A stretch of 64,000 bases of DNA from assembly GCA_023954745.1 (NCBI GenBank), contig JAGSHC010000001.1, positions 14,356 to 78,355 of the forward strand, in the 5' to 3' direction. Both the position numbers and the translations under genes were made by a program. The DNA is from Deltaproteobacteria bacterium (GTDB taxonomy: Bacteria; Myxococcota_A; UBA796; UBA9615). The notes under the pieces were generated by a model. It was given only the letters and a program-made list of their open reading frames with translations. It searched no databases and was not told the DNA's origin. The number at the start of each line of letters is the position of its first letter. Position 1 is the first letter of the stretch. Of the stretch, positions 60,776-64,000 are shown piece after piece.

Positions 60776-60795
60776 AGGAGCCCGTACGGGCTCCT
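60776..60795. terminator. Perfect 20-bp palindrome between convergent genes (possible bidirectional terminator)
   Basis: AGGAGCCCGTACGGGCTCCT; no U-tract. Confidence 0.5.
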
Positions 60796-61591
60796 AGGGG
60801 GCAGCGCTCAGCACGGTCTCACCGGGGGTCTCTGGCGTCTGGGCTGACGGGTCGAGGGTGAGCAGGCCGCTCGCGCCGTCCACTGCCTGCTCCACGCGGA
60901 ACCGGATCTGCCCGCCCTCCCGGCTGAAGCCTGGTGGGATCCGACCCAGCAGCGTGGGGGTGTCTCCCTGGACGAGCCACACATGGTGCAGGTTGCCGTC
61001 CCCGGGGTCGCCGAGAGCCTCGGACGACAGCGTCGCGACGCCACTGGCCGCGTCGAGGAAGATCCTCGCGACGCGTCCCTCTCCAGCCAGGTTGATCACG
61101 TCGGCCCGCGGGCTCGCCGCGGACTGAAGCGTCTCGCTGAGCTGCCCCACCTGGCGCTCCAGGGAGCGCGTGTCGACGGTGCCCATCATCCGGGCTCGGG
61201 CTGCCTCGCCCTCGATCTGCTCGATTCCGTCCGTCTGGGTCTTTCCCCACCACGCGACGGCGATGACAGCGACCGCGCTCAAGGCGGTGAGCACCTTCCA
61301 CAGACGAAGGCGGTCCGTCTCCGGGAAGAGCACGGGAACCTCGTGCTGCTCCTGGGGCGTGCGCGCGATCTCCTCGAGCAAGGAGTCACGGCTGCCCTCG
61401 GGCGCCGACCGCGGAGTCAGCCCCAGGGGAATCGCGTAGTAGGACTCCATCAGTTGCTCGATCTCGACCGCGCAGGCTGCGCAGCCATCGCCGAGATGCA
61501 GCTGAATCCGCATCGCGTCTGCGCGCGAAGCGGAGTCCGCGGCGAAGGCGGCGTACATGGGCCGCAGATCGCGGCAGCGGTCCATCTCCAT
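60794..61591 (-). CDS. RskA-like anti-sigma factor
   Basis: ZAS-like HLGDGCAAC, single TM segment, C-terminal HHVWLV..TPTLLG...LTLDP...TPETPG (RskA C-domain pattern). Confidence 0.75.
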   Translation of the reverse strand: MEMDRCRDLRPMYAAFAADSASRADAMRIQLHLGDGCAACAVEIEQLMESYYAIPLGLTPRSAPEGSRDSLLEEIARTPQEQHEVPVLFPETDRLRLWKVLTALSAVAVIAVAWWGKTQTDGIEQIEGEAARARMMGTVDTRSLERQVGQLSETLQSAASPRADVINLAGEGRVARIFLDAASGVATLSSEALGDPGDGNLHHVWLVQGDTPTLLGRIPPGFSREGGQIRFRVEQAVDGASGLLTLDPSAQTPETPGETVLSAAP

Positions 61592-61592
61592 G

Positions 61593-62105
61593 TCAGCCCT
61601 CCGCGAGAGCGCGAGCGAAGGCGCGCAGAGGTTCGTCGAGGGTCGCGGGGTTGGGGACCGCCGCGCCCGACTCGTCGATGGGGTGGGAGAACCAGGCAGC
61701 TTCGAGGTGGTCTCGGTGCCCGCTCGCATCGAGGGCAGCGCTGATGTGGCCCGAGGCCTCACGGGCTTCGGCGCGCTCGGCCAGGGAGGGTGGCGTCGTC
61801 GCGGGGCCGCTCGCGTGGGCGCGCCGACGCTCTTCGAGCCACTCCACGCCCAGAGAGCGAGCCATGGACAGAGCCCAAAGAAGCGGCCGACCGACGTGCT
61901 GGTCGTAGAGGGGGGCCGCACGCCACATCTCCACCAGCGTGCGTCGGCTCAGGAGCTCGGCGGCCTCTGGGTCACGGAGCAGGCGCAGCAACGCCGCGTA
62001 CACCCAGGGTGAGACGGCGTCCCACATCTCAGCGGCTGCATCGGAGTCGCCAGACCCCATGCGCTCACAGAGCGCGACCAGGGTTGCGTCGTCGGGAAGG
62101 GACAT
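61593..62105 (-). CDS. Degenerate ECF sigma factor (SigK-like)
   Basis: Region-2-like GDSDAAAEMWD..VYAALLRLLRDPEAAE..EMWRAAPLYD..W..SMARS. Region 4 HTH poorly conserved. Directly upstream of the anti-sigma gene. Confidence 0.68.
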   Translation of the reverse strand: MSLPDDATLVALCERMGSGDSDAAAEMWDAVSPWVYAALLRLLRDPEAAELLSRRTLVEMWRAAPLYDQHVGRPLLWALSMARSLGVEWLEERRRAHASGPATTPPSLAERAEAREASGHISAALDASGHRDHLEAAWFSHPIDESGAAVPNPATLDEPLRAFARALAEG

Positions 62106-62115
62106 GGCGCGAAGA

Positions 62116-63297
62116 CTACAGTTCGCGCTGCAAGGCCTGCACGATGTCCCAGCGACGCTGGCTGCCCCCGCCGTTGAGGCTGATGACGTAGCGCACGTCC
62201 CCGTGGGAGGTCGTGGTCGCATAGCCCACAACCGACTTCGTGATCTTGAGTGTGCCCGTCTTGTGGGACGAGTCGTGCCGTACACGCAGGAGCTTCTTGT
62301 GGGGCTCGAAGAGCGCGAGCGCCGCGGCGAAGGCGCCGCTGGTGGCCTTGTTGGCGTAGGAGATCCCCGAGCCCTCCACCATCGAGATTCCGGTCAGCTC
62401 GGGGTGCTTCGCGATGAACGCGTTGGCCACCTCGACGCTCTTGTCGAGGGAGGCGGGCGCTCCCTTTGCGTGGGCGCCCACCGCCAGAAACACCTGATTG
62501 GCGATGTAGTTGTTGGAGTAGTACAGCATCGCTGCGCAGACCTCTCCGAGCGTGCGGGAGTTCTGGTGGGTGTGGAGGGGTGCGCCCTCCGGGGCCTTCG
62601 AGTCGGTGACAGCGTCGCCGATCTTCGCGCCGGCGCCTCGCAGCTTGAGGGCGATGAGCTCTGCGGCGTATCGACGTGCGTCGGCAGGTCGCTTGCCGAT
62701 GTTGATGCGGTTCTCCCCCCGCACCCCTTCGCGCAGGGCGACCTCCTTGGCCAACGAGGTCAGCGGAGTCTGGTCCTCGGCCGACGTGACGACGCCGTCC
62801 TTCACCACCACGTTGATGGTGTTGAAGTTCACGGCCGTGGCTGAGTTCAAGGCGTCGTAGGGCTCGGTGGTCGACGTGACCCCGGGGATGGTGATGCCCT
62901 CGATGAACCAGCCGTCATCGATGGCGACACCGGCGAGTGTCTTGCCGTCGAGCTTCGGCGCGAGGTCCTTCACCAGCAAGTCGAGCTCCTCGCTGACGAG
63001 GAAGGGGTCCCCCTTGCCGCGCACGACGAGCATGTCGTCTACGACCCAGAAGTCTGTCTCGAAGCGCGCGTCGAGCCCCAGGGTGTCCGCCGCGAGGAGG
63101 GTGGTCATGACCTTGAGGGTGGAGGCGGGGGTGTATTCAGTGTCGGCGTTGTGGGAGACCAGGACCTCGCCCTGGGCATCGACAGCGAGCACGACGCCGT
63201 CACTGCCAGCCAGCTTGGCGACGGTGTCCTGCACCCCGGCGAGGGCCGGGCTCGCGAAGAGGAGGAGGGCGGAGGCGAGCAACAGGCGATGGTTCAA
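62116..63297 (-). CDS. dacB: D-Ala-D-Ala carboxypeptidase/endopeptidase (peptidase S13, PBP4)
   Basis: Signal peptide; PASTLK (SxxK), GKGDP, SNN, EGSGIS, KTGTL. Confidence 0.92.
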   Translation of the reverse strand: MNHRLLLASALLLFASPALAGVQDTVAKLAGSDGVVLAVDAQGEVLVSHNADTEYTPASTLKVMTTLLAADTLGLDARFETDFWVVDDMLVVRGKGDPFLVSEELDLLVKDLAPKLDGKTLAGVAIDDGWFIEGITIPGVTSTTEPYDALNSATAVNFNTINVVVKDGVVTSAEDQTPLTSLAKEVALREGVRGENRINIGKRPADARRYAAELIALKLRGAGAKIGDAVTDSKAPEGAPLHTHQNSRTLGEVCAAMLYYSNNYIANQVFLAVGAHAKGAPASLDKSVEVANAFIAKHPELTGISMVEGSGISYANKATSGAFAAALALFEPHKKLLRVRHDSSHKTGTLKITKSVVGYATTTSHGDVRYVISLNGGGSQRRWDIVQALQREL

Positions 63298-64000
63298 GGG
63301 CTGATCCTTCCGTCGTCGTCGATGGAGACGGCGGTGTCGGGGAAGTCGGCGGCGGAGAGGGAGCGGAGCATGGTGATGGACTCCTTCTCGGGGTCGACCC
63401 GGGGTCCGCCGGGCGGGATCTGACGGCCGGGAATGACGCGCGCGCCAGCGAGGCGGCCGTCGGGGTGCAGGTCGGCTTCGAGGAGCACAGTGAGGCCGTT
63501 GGCTCCCGAGAGGTTGAAGCCCCCATACGTCACGAAGTTCCCGAGGGAGTAGGCGATGAGCCGCTCCTTGTAGATCTCCATCCCCCGAAGCACGTGGGGC
63601 CCGTGTCCGACGACGAGGTCGGCGCCGGCGTCGACAACCGCATGGGTGAACGCCCGCAGGTCGCCACGGTCCTCCCCCATGAACGTCTCGGTGCCTTCGG
63701 GCACGTGCTGAGCCTTCTTGCCCTCGGCCCCCCCATGGAACGAGACGACCACGATGTCGGCCTTGCCGGCCATCTGGGTGACCATCGCGCGGGCGAGGGG
63801 GATGTCCCGCACGTCTCCGCCCAGTGGGGAGGTGGCGAAGCCGAGCACGCCGACTTTGGTGCCGTTGACGTCGAGGATCACCTCGCGATCGAGCGGGCCG
63901 GCTACGGCGATCCCGTTGCTGTCCAGGGCTCCGGTGGTGCTCGACCGGCCCTCAGAGGAGTAGTCATTGGCGTGGTTGTTGGCGAAGGAGACGACATCGA
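63294..64000 (-). CDS. CapA/PGA_cap metallophosphoesterase-fold protein (C-terminal part; runs off window end)
   Basis: VSFANNHANDY, VVSFHGG, DLVVGHGPHVL, AYSLGNF. Confidence 0.92.
   Translation of the reverse strand, partial: DVVSFANNHANDYSSEGRSSTTGALDSNGIAVAGPLDREVILDVNGTKVGVLGFATSPLGGDVRDIPLARAMVTQMAGKADIVVVSFHGGAEGKKAQHVPEGTETFMGEDRGDLRAFTHAVVDAGADLVVGHGPHVLRGMEIYKERLIAYSLGNFVTYGGFNLSGANGLTVLLEADLHPDGRLAGARVIPGRQIPPGGPRVDPEKESITMLRSLSAADFPDTAVSIDDDGRISP

Overview
GC-rich bacterial chromosome segment spanning the replication origin. Gene content (Hanks kinase, HEAT/TPR/VWA lipoproteins, Asp-rich linkers, sigma54 promoters) suggests Myxococcota/Deltaproteobacteria; that assignment is inference. 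Left arm (minus strand): parB(partial)-parA-rsmG-mnmG-[tandem parS]-mnmE-jag-yidC-yidD-rnpA-rpmH. It diverges from dnaA-[oriC with DnaA boxes and DnaA-trios]-dnaN-recF-gyrB. gyrB and gyrA are separated by fabH, a pair of ArsA/Get3-like ATPases, a kinase and a lipoprotein. The remaining ~40 kb is accessory and metabolic: an orphan AEP primase-like gene, glycan-tailoring enzymes, PhoD, a double-wHTH STAND regulator, a HerA-like ATPase cluster, an exported coiled-coil protein, a class II aldolase, HEAT proteins, hutG/hutF, a fused 2-oxoacid dehydrogenase E1, a degenerate ECF sigma/anti-sigma pair, dacB and capA. No rRNA, tRNA, CRISPR array, IS or prophage was recognised. Most notable observations: about ten genes with a -10 hexamer 6-9 nt before the start codon (leaderless), a 23-bp GATC-rich tandem array upstream of dnaA, parS overlapping the par-operon promoter, a shared operator-like motif around the STAND regulator, back-to-back sigma54 promoters, an aldolase with a microcompartment encapsulation-peptide-like tail, and two gene relics whose surviving 3' ends carry the next gene's promoter. 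All calls are motif-based by eye; no database searches were run.
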